A DNA stretch of 64,000 bases from Felis catus (Eukaryota): assembly GCF_018350175.1 (NCBI RefSeq), contig NC_058383.1, positions 29,142,001 to 29,206,000 of the forward strand. The letters run 5' to 3'. Position numbers and translations under genes: made by a program. This document shows positions 47,400-60,409 of the stretch, piece after piece. How positions within the stretch are numbered: position 1 is the first letter of the stretch; each line of letters opens with the position of its first letter. The notes beneath the pieces are model-generated. The model saw only the letters and a program-made list of their open reading frames with translations, was not told where the DNA came from and searched no databases.

Positions 47400-47860
47400 G
47401 AAGTATATTATCTGCTGAGGTGCCTGTGACTCCTCTAATTTCTGGCACCTGTGAATATGTTATTAATGTACCTGGTCAGAGGGGCGTTTACGATGTGATT
47501 AAGGAACTTGAGATAAGGATGTGCTCCTGAATTATCCCCTGGGCCCGTGATGCCATCATGGGGGTCCCTCGAGGAGGAGGCAGGAGGATCAGAGGAGAGA
47601 GAGGAGATGTGCAGACAGAGCCAGGGGCTGGGAGAATGCGTTTTGAAAATGGAGCAAGACCTTGCTGCAAGCCACGCCATGCCGGAGCTTCTAGAAGCTG
47701 GCAAGACATGGAAGTAGCTTCTCCCTTGGAGCCCCCTGGAGGAGCGCAGCCCTGCCCACGCCTTGGTTGGAGACTCCTGAACCTTCAACACTGTAAGAGA
47801 ATACATTTGTCTTATTTTAAGTGGTTGAGCTTGTGGTAACTGTTACAACAGTAGTAAGAC
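47400..47860 (+). mobile_element. MLT1D-like MaLR solo LTR
   Basis: tcctctaatttctggcacctgtgaatatgtta...gatgtgattaaggaacttgagat...ttctagaagctgg...actgtaagagaatacatttgtcttattttaag...gttacaacagtag. Confidence 0.85.
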
Positions 47861-49129
47861 ACGAGTATGGCCGCCATGATTGTCCTGGTCATCGCCGTTC
47901 CTCCCCCTGCTGTCTCCCCGCTGAGTTGCTCCCGGCGTTACCAAACCCCAGTCTCCTGCTCTGGAGAATGGAGACAATGATTTTTTCCTTCCTCGGGCAG
48001 TTTGGGGCTTGAGGGAGATGATGTATGTGAAGTGGTCGATGACCTTCCCTGAAGAGGCAGTGGCCAAGGCCTGGCTCTGGGTGACCTTGGGCCAGCTGTC
48101 TAACCTCTCTGCACCTGACTTTCCCCACCCTCACACTGGGGGCCATTATGGCGCCTGCCTCCCGAGATGGTTGTGCGGCGGAATGAGCTCCTTGAGCATA
48201 ACCCTGGGCCCTGGGCCGCGCTTGAGGAGAACGCAGCTGTGTTGGTGGCCAAACTGAGGAACGCGGACCCAGATCTGTGCTCTGGGTGCCCCCCCCCCCC
48301 CGGAGGTGTCCTGATTCAGGCCCTGAATGGCGGCCACGACCTCTAGCTGGAGCAGACGCTTCTGTTCCCTCCGTTGCCCTGAGTTGCCCTTCGTTCTCCA
48401 CTGTGGCTGCTGTAGACTGACCCTGGGGCTTCTGCCTCTCAGGGCCAGGGGCTCAGGGGGGCTCACCGAGGAGGAGGAAGGGGCCGCGGAGCCAGGGAGG
48501 GGCCCAGGGCTCCCAAATCTGGATCCACGGTCTTGTCTGTGCTGAGGCCCCGGCCTCCTTGGGGCCTCGCTGGGAGTCGGCAGTCTGAGGCCTGCCCATG
48601 GTGCACGACTGACCAGGGTGGTGTGGGCCTGCTTTGCTGCTCGGGGTCCTTGGTTTGGTTCCTTCGGAGCGTTTGACTGGGTTGCAACTGTTTCGTCTCC
48701 GAAGGGGTTTGTTACAGGCAAGGACCGGTTAGATTCAGCACTTGAGCCCGGCACCCAGCCCAGGGCCTGCACGCGGGAAATATTTCTGCACCGTGGTACT
48801 GAGAGACCCCTGTGCAGACAAGAAGGGCACTCCTATTAGTGGATGCTTCCAGCTCCCGGGAAATGCTGGGTGACCAGGCATCCCCAGGAATCTGGGCGTC
48901 ACCAGAGGGTCCTTCCAGAGCCGAGGGTTGGAGACGGCGTTTCCCGAGTGCCTACTGCGTGCCAGCATAGTCCAGGCCCCTCGACTACCCCAGGAGGGGC
49001 ACCCTCATTTTGCTGGGAGAGCACACCAGGAGAGTCTGGGGTCTGGGCCAGGTGGAGGGTGGCTGCCTGGCTGGGCCCTGGGAGGTGGTCCTGGGAAATG
49101 AGGGCCATTGAAGGCTTTGCACTTCTACT

Positions 49130-50119
49130 CTTTATTTTTTTATTTTTTAAATAGTATTTTTTTAAGTTTATTTATTTATTTCGAGGGGGAGAGAGAGTGC
49201 ATGTACCCGCGTGAGAGCGCAGGGAGGGGCGGAAAGAGAGAGGGAGAGAGAGAATCCCAAGCAGGCTCCACTCTCACGGCAAAGCCTGATGCGGGGCTCA
49301 AACTCACGAACAGCGAGATCATGACCTGAGCCATAATCGAGAGTCAGACACCTAACGAACGGAGCCACCCCGGCACCCCCCGCATCTTTGCTCTTTAAAC
49401 ATGTTTTTTGTTTTGCTACTTTCTCCCCCAACATGTTGTTAGGAAAATTTTCAAACCACAACACGGACTCATGAGCATTTTCCTACACTCGGTTTCTTTC
49501 CTGTCCTTCCATTCTTGTCTCATGCATCTATCCATCCTATTCTGGTGCATCGTTTTTCCTTCTTGTTTGGGAGATTTTAGCCAGTCCCAAACAGGGAGGA
49601 GGCCGCATGAGCTCCCCCCTGCCCAACCCCCATCATCAACATCTTCCCCTTTCTCTTTCCTCCCTCTTCCCTGCCCCCCTGGAGGCTTGTAAGCAAATCC
49701 CAGACATTATATGCTTTCACTTGTAAATTTTTCACATAAAGGTTCACGGTCAAATCCTCTTTGGTTATCTCCAGGTAACTGGGCTCCCAGGGCCTGGCAA
49801 GAGTGGGCAGGTTGGCTGAGCCTCAGCTGGGAAGAAGAAATGGAAAGGCACCGGGCTGGTTCAGTCGGTGGAGTGTGGGACTCTTGATGGTGGGGTTGTG
49901 AGTCTGAGTCCCATGTTGGGTGGAGAGATTAGTTTAAAAACATAAAATCTTAGGGGCTCCTGGGTGGCTCCGTCAGTTAAGCATCTGATTTCAGCTCGAG
50001 TCATGATCTCACGGTTCCTGAGTTCGGGCCCCGCACCGGGCTCTGTGCTGACAGCTGGGAGCCTGGAGCCTGCTTCGGATTCTGCGTCTCCCTCTCTCTC
50101 TGACCTCCGCTCGTCACAT

Positions 50120-50155
<36 letters not shown>

Positions 50156-50220
50156 AAAAATAAACATAAAAAAAGAAATATTTAAGAACATAAAATCTTA
50201 AAAACAAAAAAAAGAAGAAC
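49130..50220. mobile_element. Can-SINEs (49130-49380 -, 49845-49940 + short, 49953-50180 +)
   Basis: SINE bodies; aacataaaatctta duplicated around 49953-50180. Confidence 0.88.
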
Positions 50221-50448
50221 AAATAAAATGGGGATATGTAGGCCAGAGCAGGGCAGGCTGTGACCACCCCACCCTGAGGGACCGCCTTCTGCACCTGTCC
50301 TGCCAGCCCAGCCGTTGACCCCTGGACACAGGGCATGGTGCAGGTTAAATGTGGGGGGGGGGTGGGGAACAAGAAGACTCCCATTCAGTCACTGTACCAG
50401 GGGCATGGGGGGAAGGCAGGTGCCTTCTAGGTCTCAGTATTATTAGTA

Positions 50449-50450
<2 letters not shown>

Positions 50451-50486
<36 letters not shown>
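50451..50486 (+). repeat. (GT)n microsatellite
   Basis: Seen directly. Confidence 0.96.
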
Positions 50487-50489
<3 letters not shown>

Positions 50490-50490
<1 letters not shown>

Positions 50491-50950
50491 CACATAAAAA
50501 CTAACCATTTGAAAGTGAGCAATTCCATGGCATTTAGTGAGTTCATAATGTGCAACCACCACCTCTGTCAAGTTCCAAGACCTTTCATCACCTCCCCCCA
50601 CCAGAAAACCCTGTGCCCACTAAGCGGTCCCTCCTCTTTCCAGCGTACCCCCCCCCAACACCTGCCACTGCTAACCTACTTCCCGTCTCTCTGGATTTAT
50701 TTTTCTTGGGTATTTCATGCAAATGGAATCATGCAACATGGGTTTACTTGTGTCTGGCTTCTTTCGCTTTGTATCATGATTTCCAGGTTCATCCGTGTCG
50801 TAGTGTAGGTCAGTATCCAATACCCAGGGGGCAACCCTTTGCACATCTCCTTGTGCAAATTGTTCTTCGTGTTCTTCCGGGGAAACTCCCAGAAGAGGGG
50901 TTGCTGGGGCACAGACATGCCTGCCTCTCCTGCCCTCCTGAATGTATCAG
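50490..50950 (-). mobile_element. L1MB-like 3' end fragment
   Basis: catttagtgagttcataatgtgcaaccaccacctctgtcaagttcc...atttcatgcaaatggaatcatgcaac. Confidence 0.75.
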
Positions 50951-52115
50951 TTGACACTGAAAGGGTCGTTTCCGATTCGGAGGCCAATACTTGGTGCCGG
51001 CCGCAGAGTAACAGGGGAGGGGAGGTAATGCAGCCTTCAGGAAGCTTCGGCACAAATCTCAGTTCTCACCAGTGGGGGAACCAAACGCCCTGCTTTGCCC
51101 AGGACCGCCCTGGTTTTAGCACTAGAATTCCTATGTCCCGGGAAATCTTAGCCCCAGCAAAACAAGAGTGGTCATTTGCCCCAGAAAGCTCCTGCCGCCC
51201 CTGAACTTGGCCCTTGGGGCTGAGAGAGGGACAGTAGCCCTGGATGGGAGCCAGGGAGCTCCCTTTTTGCAACAGGTGGAAATGGTGCTGGCCACAGTTA
51301 TGTGCTGCCCATGCTGGAATCCTCTAGTGGAGATGTTTTGCACCCAGGTCCAGCTCATCCCGTCCCTGTGCTGACCTGCCTGGTCGGGGCGTGGCAGCTG
51401 AGATCAGTGTCTTGGGAACAGGGGCTCCCACCCACTCACCCCTTCCTGCTATCACCCAGCTCACGGAGCTTTTGGGAGACAGGCAACACGGTTTCTTGTT
51501 ATATTCTGCGTCCATTCTGGGATGTCCCCTGCCTCTCCACCTGTACCTTAAATACCCCTCCCTCAGGACCTCCTTCCACGGGCAAAGTTGGCATCACTCA
51601 TGGGGCAGCTGTTACAGAGTCAGAGGCTGGACCATCTAGAGAATTGGGGATGGGCCAGGCTCCTGCTGGAGGGTCCTTTGGTGACATCCCAGTGGAGAAG
51701 TAGAGGTGGGGTGAATGGGAGAGGCTGACTGCTTTGATCTGTCCCTTCCATCTGTCCTTCTGTCCAGGACACATCGTTTCCCTGGTTCCACTGCTCTAAG
51801 ACAGGCTCCCGAAGATAAGGTAGGAGGACTGGGCGATGTCTCTGCATCTGGGGGTCAGGCAGGTGTGGGGTGTGTGTGTCACCTGTTGGCCCCCCATCAC
51901 AAAACCCCCAAATCAGGCTTGGGAGAAGGGGAGGCGGAGGATTTGGGGGGCCAGCTGCTCTGTCAGGTTGCATGTCCCATCTTTGGTGTCGGGGCAGTGT
52001 CAGGACAAAGGCTGTGTCCTACTGTTCCCCACCCTCTCCCTCGTGCTTGTCCGGGGCTGGTCACGCTGTACGTGCTCAGCAGATGATTTCTGGGCAGAGG
52101 GATAGAATGAATGGT

Positions 52116-52810
52116 GGGGTACCTAGGGGGCTCAGTCACTTAGGCGTCCCACTCTTGGTTTTGGCTCAGGTCATGACCTCACAGTTTCATGAGTTCGAGC
52201 CCTGTGTTAGGCTCTGCACTGACCGCACAGAGCCTGCTTGGGATTCTCTCTCTCTCCCTCTCTCTCTGCCCCTTCCCTACTCACACTGTCTCTGTCTCTT
52301 TCAAAATAAACTAATTGTAGGGGTGCCTGGGTTAACTCAGCCAGTTAGGCATCTGACTTCAGCTTAGGTCACGATCTCCTGGTTTGTGGGTTCAAGTCCC
52401 ACATCAGGCTCCCTGCTGCCAGCTCAGAGCCTGGAACCTGCTTCAGATTCTGTGTCTCCCTCTCTCTCTGCCCCTCCCCTGCTCATGCTCTGTCTCACTC
52501 TGTCTCAAAAATAAATAAACATTAAAAAAAAAAAAACTAAAAAAAAAAATTCATGGTGACTAGGGGCCCCTGGGTGGCTCAGTCAGTTAAGCACCTAACT
52601 TCGGCTCAGGTCATGATCTCCCGGTTTGTGGGTTCAAGCCCCACATCGGGATCTGTGCTGACAGTTCAGAGCCTGGAGCCTCCTTCGCATTCTGTGTCTC
52701 CCTGTCTATCTGCCCCTCTCCCACTCACACCCTGTGTACCTGCGTCTCTGAAAAATGAATAAACGTTGAAAAGATTTTCTTAATGTAAAAAAAAAAAAAA
52801 CTTTAATAAA
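52116..52810 (+). mobile_element. Three head-to-tail Can-SINEs (52116-52310, 52320-52550, 52563-52800)
   Basis: Three consecutive sense heads, each followed by (CT)n and an A tail. Confidence 0.92.
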
Positions 52811-53429
52811 AGAGAAGAAGAATGAACGGTACTAACTCATCATATGACCTGGGGAAAGTCGCTTCTCCTCTCTGGCCTCAGTTTCCTCCTCTGTAGGATG
52901 GGCCGGGGAGTCCCCAAGGCTCCTCAAGGCTACCACTCCGGGCCCGGCCCATTTCTGGTCTTGGGCCGTGCTCTCCCGTGGAATAGTTTGTGCCTGTGGA
53001 GGGCCACCTGGGTCAGCCCTGTGCTCCAGGGAAAGACCCTCTCCTGGGAGGGGAGGGGCTTGTGGATGGTGTAGGCCCCATTCGAAAACCCTTCACCTGC
53101 TCCCCAGGATGGTTGGCATAATCCAAAATCCTGCCCGCGGCCCGGCCCCAGCCCTGAGGAACCCCCAGCACTTCCTGCAGTCATGTCGTGCCTCAGTTTC
53201 TCCGCGGTGCCACTCGCCTGGCCGGTGCCCACCCCCCCTGCCCATTCATCCTCTGACTGTGCCCCGTTCAAGTCAGGCCTCTGCCCAGGTATTGGCTTCT
53301 CACGGCCCTTCCCTGAGTCACGTCTGAGGTAGACCTCTTGCCCTGGCTCCCCAGCCAAGCGCCTCCCTCTTCTTCTGGGACTGCCAACCTCCACGAGCCC
53401 GCCCTGAATCTCCTCATTAGAGGATTAGA

Positions 53430-53520
53430 TTCTCTTAGCACCTAGGAAATGACAAGGGTTTCCAGGGCTCCGGGGCAGGAACCGGGGGAGAGACCAATAT
53501 ATACTTTCTATTATCTCACA
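53430..53520 (-). mobile_element. MER21-like LTR terminus
   Basis: aagggtttccagggctcc...ggaaccgggggagagaccaatatatactttctattatctcaca is the reverse complement of a recalled MER21-type LTR start. Confidence 0.55.
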
Positions 53521-54974
53521 GCATTATTTATTCATTTTCTGTTGGGGGCAGGCTTGGTTCTGTCTTGTTTCCCACTGTAGCCTTATGTGTGACACAGAAT
53601 CGATGCTCAGTAAGGATCTGTTGAACGAGCACCTAAATTAGGAGGATGCTACTGCCCCTCCCCACCTGCCATGTTTCCACATTTCTAACTTGCTGAAGGC
53701 TTTTTGTTTTTGGTCCCGGGCACTGTGCAAAGCCCTCTGAGGGAAGTACCCCTGATTCTTACACTTCACAGCTATGGCAGCCGAGGCTCAGAGAGGTGAG
53801 GTGACAGGTCCCAGGTCACACGGCATTGAGCGGGGGAAGCCAGGATCTGATTGAAGTTGCTCCCACATGAGACCCACACTCCACGTCTCCACCCGGCCGT
53901 CCTGAGGTGGGTCCCCGTCCCGGCCCCTGCTCTCTACCCTGCCCTGTGCAGAAGTACGGGCTGGAGAATTCCAAGAGGCCCCAGATTCCCCACCTGGACA
54001 GTGGCCTGGCTCAGGATAGCTCTGCCTCCCAGGCTCCGGGTTATGTTCCGCTATTCCTCACTGCTGCCCAAATTAGTTCCACGTTCAGCCCAGGGCCTGC
54101 GGTTTTCACTTGTTTTCTGTAACCGGAGCTTTCCCAGCGCTTGGCACTGAGATCCGGGACTCGGTGTCGGCTCAGGTTCCTGATTTCCTTGGATGCTGAA
54201 ATGATGTCAAATGATTTCATTGGCAGAGAAAAGTCTGGCTGGGGGTCATCGGGCGGGCCACTTCCCCTCCCCGTAATCAGGTATCGGCAGCGCCTGCTTT
54301 TCTCATCCCGTCCCGGCAACACGGGATGAAACGTGAGCTCAGAGAGGTTGGGTGGTTTGCCTTTGTCACACAGCACGTGAGTGGTAGCACAGAATGTGAA
54401 CCCAGGACCCAAGGTATTCCTCCCAGATGCTAGACAGAGCCTGACCTTGGGGCCCCAGAGTGTCGAAAACCCAGGTCTTGCCTGCAAACGGCTCAAAAGT
54501 CAAGCAGAAAAAGACCAGATTGAGTGCAAACAGTGATCAAAGCGGTGCCCGCCAACATGAGACAATATGTATTTTTAGACAGAGAGTGAGTCAGTCCACA
54601 GTGATTCACAGGCTTGGCCGGGCTTGCAGGGCAGCCCCAGGCCACCGAGGGCAGGGCAGGAGATGAGCCACACCAGGGGACAGGCCGGCCGAGAAGGAGG
54701 TGAGGGCCGCCCTGGGTGGGGGCCCCCTCCTTATTTCCCATTGTTCTATCAAGGGTTAGATACTTGCTGGATACTGACTTGTCTGGAAGATGTGATTTTG
54801 AATAGGTGCTTGGAAATGGCCCACGTTAACAGAGCTAGAAAGTGATGTTATTAGCAGCTTCCTGTCACGTCCGAAGCATCCACCCTGGGCTGGACACCGC
54901 ACCAGGTGCTGGAAAGATAGCAGACGACAGCACTAACCAAGCCCTAACCTCCTGTGCCTTCTGAAATGCTGAAA

Positions 54975-55189
54975 CAGGGGCGGGCGTGCTGTAGCCATAA
55001 AGGGCCACGTAGCGAATACTTCAGGCTCTTGGAGCCATCTGGTCTCTAAAGGAGCGACTCAACTCGGCTGTTGCCGCAGGAAAGCAGCCACGGGCATTAT
55101 GTAAATGAACCGTGTTCCAATAAAACTTTACTTATAAACACAGGAGGTGGGCCAGGTTGGTCCTGGCGGCTGCAGCTTGCTGACCCCTG
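54975..55189 (+). mobile_element. MER58A (hAT-Charlie) MITE
   Basis: cagggg...aaagggccacgtagcgaatact...actcaactc...aaagcagccac...tgttccaataaaacttta...ttgctgacccctg. Confidence 0.85.
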
Positions 55190-56350
55190 TTCTCAAAGAT
55201 GCCCTCACCGCCCACGTGCGCCCCCCCTCCTCTTCCTCGGCTGTCCCCGTCCCCCACCGTGACTCCTCAAACCACCTCCTCACGGGTGGCTTGCTAATCC
55301 TGCAGGCGAAAGCTGGTCTAACCCTCTACTTCCAGCGAAAAGCTGTTCTTGTTCGGCCTCACAAGCCCCCTGCACACAGGGATTTATAGACCATATTGGA
55401 CTGTGGCCTCCCGAGGCTCCGGCATCCACATATCGTTCTGTCCAGCCCAGTGCTTGGGACGTAGTAAGGGAGGGACAAGCCTTTGTGGGCTGTGCCCAGC
55501 CCCATCTGTTGTCTTCACTTTAGTTAGAAACAGGCAAAGATGAAAGGGGTCGGGGGAGCTCTGTGACAGACTCAGGTCCCCTCTTGTCTTCCTCTCTGTC
55601 CTCCAAGGGGCCTTGGCATCCCCGGTGTCCCTTCCCCACGCTGTGTTCGCACTGGGAGCGTGTGATGAGAGCAAAAACGCTGTGTGTTGTGGGTCCGTGG
55701 CACTGAGCCTCCGCCTCCCCATCTGTGAAATGGATGGCGTTAAGGCCTGCTCCTGTCCCTGAGCTCGCTCAGAGGGGCACACGAATCGCTGTGTTACTTG
55801 GCCTCTCAGATGCCAGGCGAAGTGTCCTGAGTGTGCCTCTCCACCCTTGAGAGAGGTGAAGTTCGCTCCACTTTTATAGACTTTAAAGGTATTAAAGAGC
55901 CGGCCTGAGGTCAGAGCCAGCCGGGGGAAAGCAGGGTTCAGACTCGGTCTCCTTGGGCCTCCCTTAACCCTTGGCCACCCTCCATGAGTCAGCCATATGT
56001 GACCGGCCGCCCACGAGGCTCCCTTTGCAGCCACCTGCTTCTCCACCAATAGGCAGCTGCCCCCTAGCCCTCGTCACCACCTGTTCAGGGACAGGCTGGG
56101 AAACACGGCTCCGCACCACTTCGTGGGTGTGCCAACATGGAGGCAGCATCATGGTTGAGCAGCTATGGGGAACCCCAGCCCTGAAGGTTCCAGATGCCTG
56201 GGCTCTGGGGGAGGGGCTGCAGAATGGGCGTCTTCAGAGCCAGGTTTGAATCCCACGTCTGAGGACAGCTAGCCCTGTGACCTTGGAGAGGGGTTGCATT
56301 CTCCCAAGCCCGTCCTTCTCCTCTGCGTAATCGGAATGGTAAATCATACA

Positions 56351-57224
56351 CAGTGGGTTCTCGTTATTCACGGTATTTATATTCTACAGACTTACTGCAA
56401 ACACAGTATTAGCAAATCCCAAGCCATTGCTCTTAGGGGTTGTACTGGCTTAGCTCACGGTTTTATCGACTGACCTGTGTGTAAACTGGTTTTGTGTGTG
56501 TGTGTGGTTGGAGACCCCCTATTCACCTTAGTTAATACACGTTGTTGATTGATGCACATTGAAGTCACAGCCAGCAGCCCTGTAACTTGTGTCTGAATGA
56601 ACTTGACCTAATGTGTGTTTTCTCTGTGAGGCTTATCCGAACCTGCTGGTACCTGGGGACACTAAGCAGCACTTCGGCGCTACGCTCGGGGGCCATGTAA
56701 AGTATTGAAATTGCCGGGGTGCCAGGGTGGCTCAGTCGTTTGAGCGTCTGACTTCAGCTTGGGTCGTGATTTCGCGGTTCGTGAGTTCAAGCCCTGCCCT
56801 GGACTGTCTGCTGTCGGCATAGAACCTGCCTGGGGTCTCTGTCTCCCTCTCTCTGCCCCTCCCCTGCTCACACTCTCTTTCTCTCTCTCTGTCTCAAAAA
56901 TAAACAAACATTAAAAAAAAAAGTTTTAAAATATTGAAATTGCCAACCAAACAGCACAAAAAAATGCCGCCCAAAACCCCCCATGGGGCACGAAACAGAT
57001 CTCGACAGGACGTTTGCTGACAGGATGAGAGCTGAGACAAGAAGGCAGAGGGTGTGGTTTTGTTCAGCGTCAGCTGGCCACGTGTGCGTTTCTTGCCATT
57101 CGGCGCATGTCTGTGAATGACCGCAAGAGCCCCACGAATATCGATGCTGGGGTTGTAAATAAATTCTCGCGAGTAGGCAGTTTTACACGCACAACGTCTG
57201 CTACTAAGTAATGAGGACTGATTG
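56351..57224 (-). mobile_element. Full-length MER82 (TcMar-Tigger) interrupted by a Can-SINE (56716-56925, +)
   Basis: Matches the reverse of the recalled MER82 (ttctcgttattcacgg...agcacttcggcgctacgctcggggg...gagagctgagacaagaaggcagag...ggggttgtaaataaatt...taatgagga); SINE TSD tattgaaattgcc at 56703-56715 and 56932-56944. Confidence 0.85.
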
Positions 57225-57734
57225 CATGTGTGTCCGTATATGTCCACAGGTCTGGAGGTAGAGGTAGACTCCTCACGTGTGTGTGTGTGTGTGTGTGTTT
57301 ACTCCATGCCTCTTACAAAGAGGCCTTAGGAGCCCTACCGTGGTCAGTCACTGGTCACAATCGGCCTGTGGAAAGCCGACCTGTTCTTTCCACATCTGCA
57401 AACCTCTCACGTTGTTGAGAACTTGCTTTATGCCCTTCGCAGGCCTTACCCCCTTTCATCCTCAAGCAGCCCTGTGAGTTGGGTGCTATTGCTGTCAGCA
57501 TGTTACAGATCGGTGCAGAGAGGTTGAGCAAATTCCCTGTGGTCACACAGCCAGAGGATGCAAACTTGGGCAGCCAGACCCCATGCACACACTGTCCCTC
57601 GCCCAGGGCTGACTTCAAGTGTTGGTCATAACAGCCGCCATGTTCTGACCAGGGGTTGGACCGAGGCCTCTCTAGATGCCAGGTGCACCGTACTGTGGGA
57701 GATGAATACATTATTATCCTCAAGAACAAAATTT

Positions 57735-58300
57735 CATTTTCCTATGCTTGAGGGTCATTTTAAGCAGCAGAGTCACCAACAAAACACCACAGAAATGTGA
57801 AAAGCGTGGCACTGCATAGACCACAGAAAGGACTTTTGCTTACAGTCGGAGAGCTGTAACAAGAAGGCAGAGTGCTGCCTCATTCAACCTCAGCTAGGAA
57901 CACGCGTGTCTGATGGATGACTCAGCTTTCGTTAAGATTTCTTAAAAAAAAATTTTTTTTTAATGTTTCTTTGATTTTGAGAGAGAGAGACACAGAGCAC
58001 GAGTTGGGGAGGGACAGAGAGAGAGGCAGATGCAGAATCCGAAGCAGGCTCCAGGCTCCGAGCTGTCGGCACAGAGCCCGACCTGGGGCTCGAACCCACA
58101 GACCGTGAGATCGTGACCTCAGCCGACATCAGACGCTTAACCGACTGAGCCACCCAGGCATCCCATTGACTCATTTTTGTACAACTCTGTGCGTGTCCAA
58201 GAATGACTGAAGTACCATATTGATTTGGGGGTTACAAATAAATTTCAGTGAGCAGCTAAATTCGCAAAGACCGAATCTGTGAGTGAGGAGGCTCAGTGTG
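57735..58300 (-). mobile_element. Second, partial MER82 interrupted by a Can-SINE (57940-58164, -)
   Basis: gagagctgtaacaagaaggcagagtg...aacctcagctaggaacacgcg...tattgatttgggggttacaaataaattt...aattcgcaaa. Confidence 0.8.
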
Positions 58301-58589
58301 GACACAGGGATTTTTATTTACTGAACATAGTACAGTTCGTTATGGCTACTATTCTTTCTGATGTTCAAAAGCCCCATTTTGGTTCTTCTTGTCTTTGATA
58401 GCTTTCTCGCTTTTTGACCCAAGATATCCTAAGCTCAGCTGGGATCCACCACTTCTCCCAAGAGCCTTAGTCCTCAGTGAAGAAGAGGTGGAATTCAGAA
58501 ACCAAGACCAGAATAGTGGGTGTGTTCATTGTCCCTGGTGTGTCTGTTTTCTTTCAGCTTTTACAATGTGTAAAACTCTGTTGTTGTTT

Positions 58590-58770
58590 TCAATTTTTAA
58601 TTATTTAATTAGCGAGAGCATGAGTGGGGGAGAGGGACAGAGGGAGAGAGAGAAAGAATCTTAAGCAGACGCCATGCTCCGTTTAGAGCCCGACATAGGG
58701 CTTGATCCCACGACCTATGACCTGAGCTGAAATCGAGAGTTGGACATTGACTGAGCCATCCAGGCACCCC
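58590..58770 (-). mobile_element. Can-SINE
   Basis: Degenerate SINE body. Confidence 0.8.
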
Positions 58771-60409
58771 CCCTCCACCCCGTCCCTTTACAATGTGTCT
58801 CTTTAATGGACTGTTGGTCATTGTTTCTAGGTGAAGTAGGAACTCACTTTGTTCAGTTTCCAAACTGGTTGATGACTTGATCAACCCTTTGCCGGCTGTT
58901 TGGAGAGGCCACCTCCCTGCAGACTAGATTCTGAGTCTCTTTCTGGGCTCTGTTCTCGTCTGTGGAAGTGTCGATTCACGTTGTTAGGGGTCCTGCCCAC
59001 TCTTTGTCATACAGTCTCTAAATTCCCCCCTGGCCTACAGAATCCGGACACTGGACCCACCTCGTGAGGGTCTAGTTCAAATCAAATCATAGGCCCGAGC
59101 CATTCAGATGATGTATTGAGGTGACACGATTTTCTAGGATGAAAAGAGAGGAGAGGTGAGGCAGGTTCCCCCAGGCCACCAAGGGTGATTGCTGTGGGCT
59201 TGGAGCTGAGTTTTAGTAACTGGATAAAATGATCTGGGCAAAACGGGGGGAAGGGCAGTTGGGAAAAGTGTCAAAGCAAGGAGGCCTCAGAGGATGGGGT
59301 GAGCGTGAGGCGGTGTCCCCCGTGCCAGGTGCTGGAAAGCCACTGAAGGCTTGACAACAGCAGAGTGGCCTGGTGGGTCTGGTTTGGTAAGACGGATCCA
59401 GGGCGGGGAAGTAGCTGCTTAAGAGGGGGTAGCGAAGGCCTATCTGACAGGTGCCCCCATTTTCCCAGGATCCCTCTGTGCTCTTCGACTCAGAGCCAAG
59501 GACAAGTCTGGTGGTCTGGTGGTCCAGAGGTCTGTCGCTCCCCTCCTGCTCCTGGGATGGGTTCACCCCATCTCCAGGTGCTTCCGGCGCTGGGGGAGCA
59601 CACGGGAGCACAGTCCAGCCCCTGGGTACCCCTGCTACTCCTCCTTGTAAGAGCCCCGCAGGTGCACTGGGCAGGGACAGGACTTGGGGGAGGGTGAGCG
59701 CAAGGAGGGGACTGGCCTCAGGCCCCTGAGGGGGAGTGGACAGGAGAGATGGGGGCTCCCAGGCCCACAGGGGAGTGGAGAGGGGTGAGAGACCCCAGGG
59801 GGTGGAGACGGCTGCTGGGGCTCTGCCCGGAGGCAGGGGCCCCTAGGACTCGCCATGGTGGCTCAGCAGAGAACATCCCCACCCCTCCCACCCCCATGGC
59901 CTGGGGTGAGTGGCCCTTTCCCCTCCCCCAGCCTGGGACAGGGGCCCCTCCCATCTGCGGGACCTGGGATCCCACAGCTGCCCTGCCCTGTGTCCTGCCT
60001 GCTCTGTGACCTTGGCCGGATGAGCCCCCTCACCCCTCGGAGCCTCTCTCAGTCTCTGTAATATGAGGGGATTATTTGACACGCCTGAGCCATCACCCAC
60101 CTTCTCTGCACCGTCAGGGGATCTGTCTACACCAGTCCCTCCTGCCCCTTCAGTCTGGCAGAAATGAAGGATCCTGGGCTGCTTGAAGGATTAGAGTAGA
60201 GGCGGGGTACCTGCCTTCAACCAAGAGACACCCACCCTTCCTGTGTCCCCAGTGCTCCCCCCACCCCACCCCACTCAGGGGAATCACACACACCCCAGCA
60301 GGCTCCAGTGCCTGTGGGCAGATCTCTCCTTCTCCCCCTGCCTCAGTTTGCTCGTCTTGAGGGACAGAGTTGGACCCAGTGGCCTTGAACATCCTTTGGA
60401 ATCTGAACT

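Noticed and set aside
55384..56049. 221-aa minus-strand ORF (likewise 48146-48772 and 21876-22565)
   Set aside because: GC-rich chance ORFs without recognisable domains; the last is antisense to the PARN last exon and ends in a SINE.
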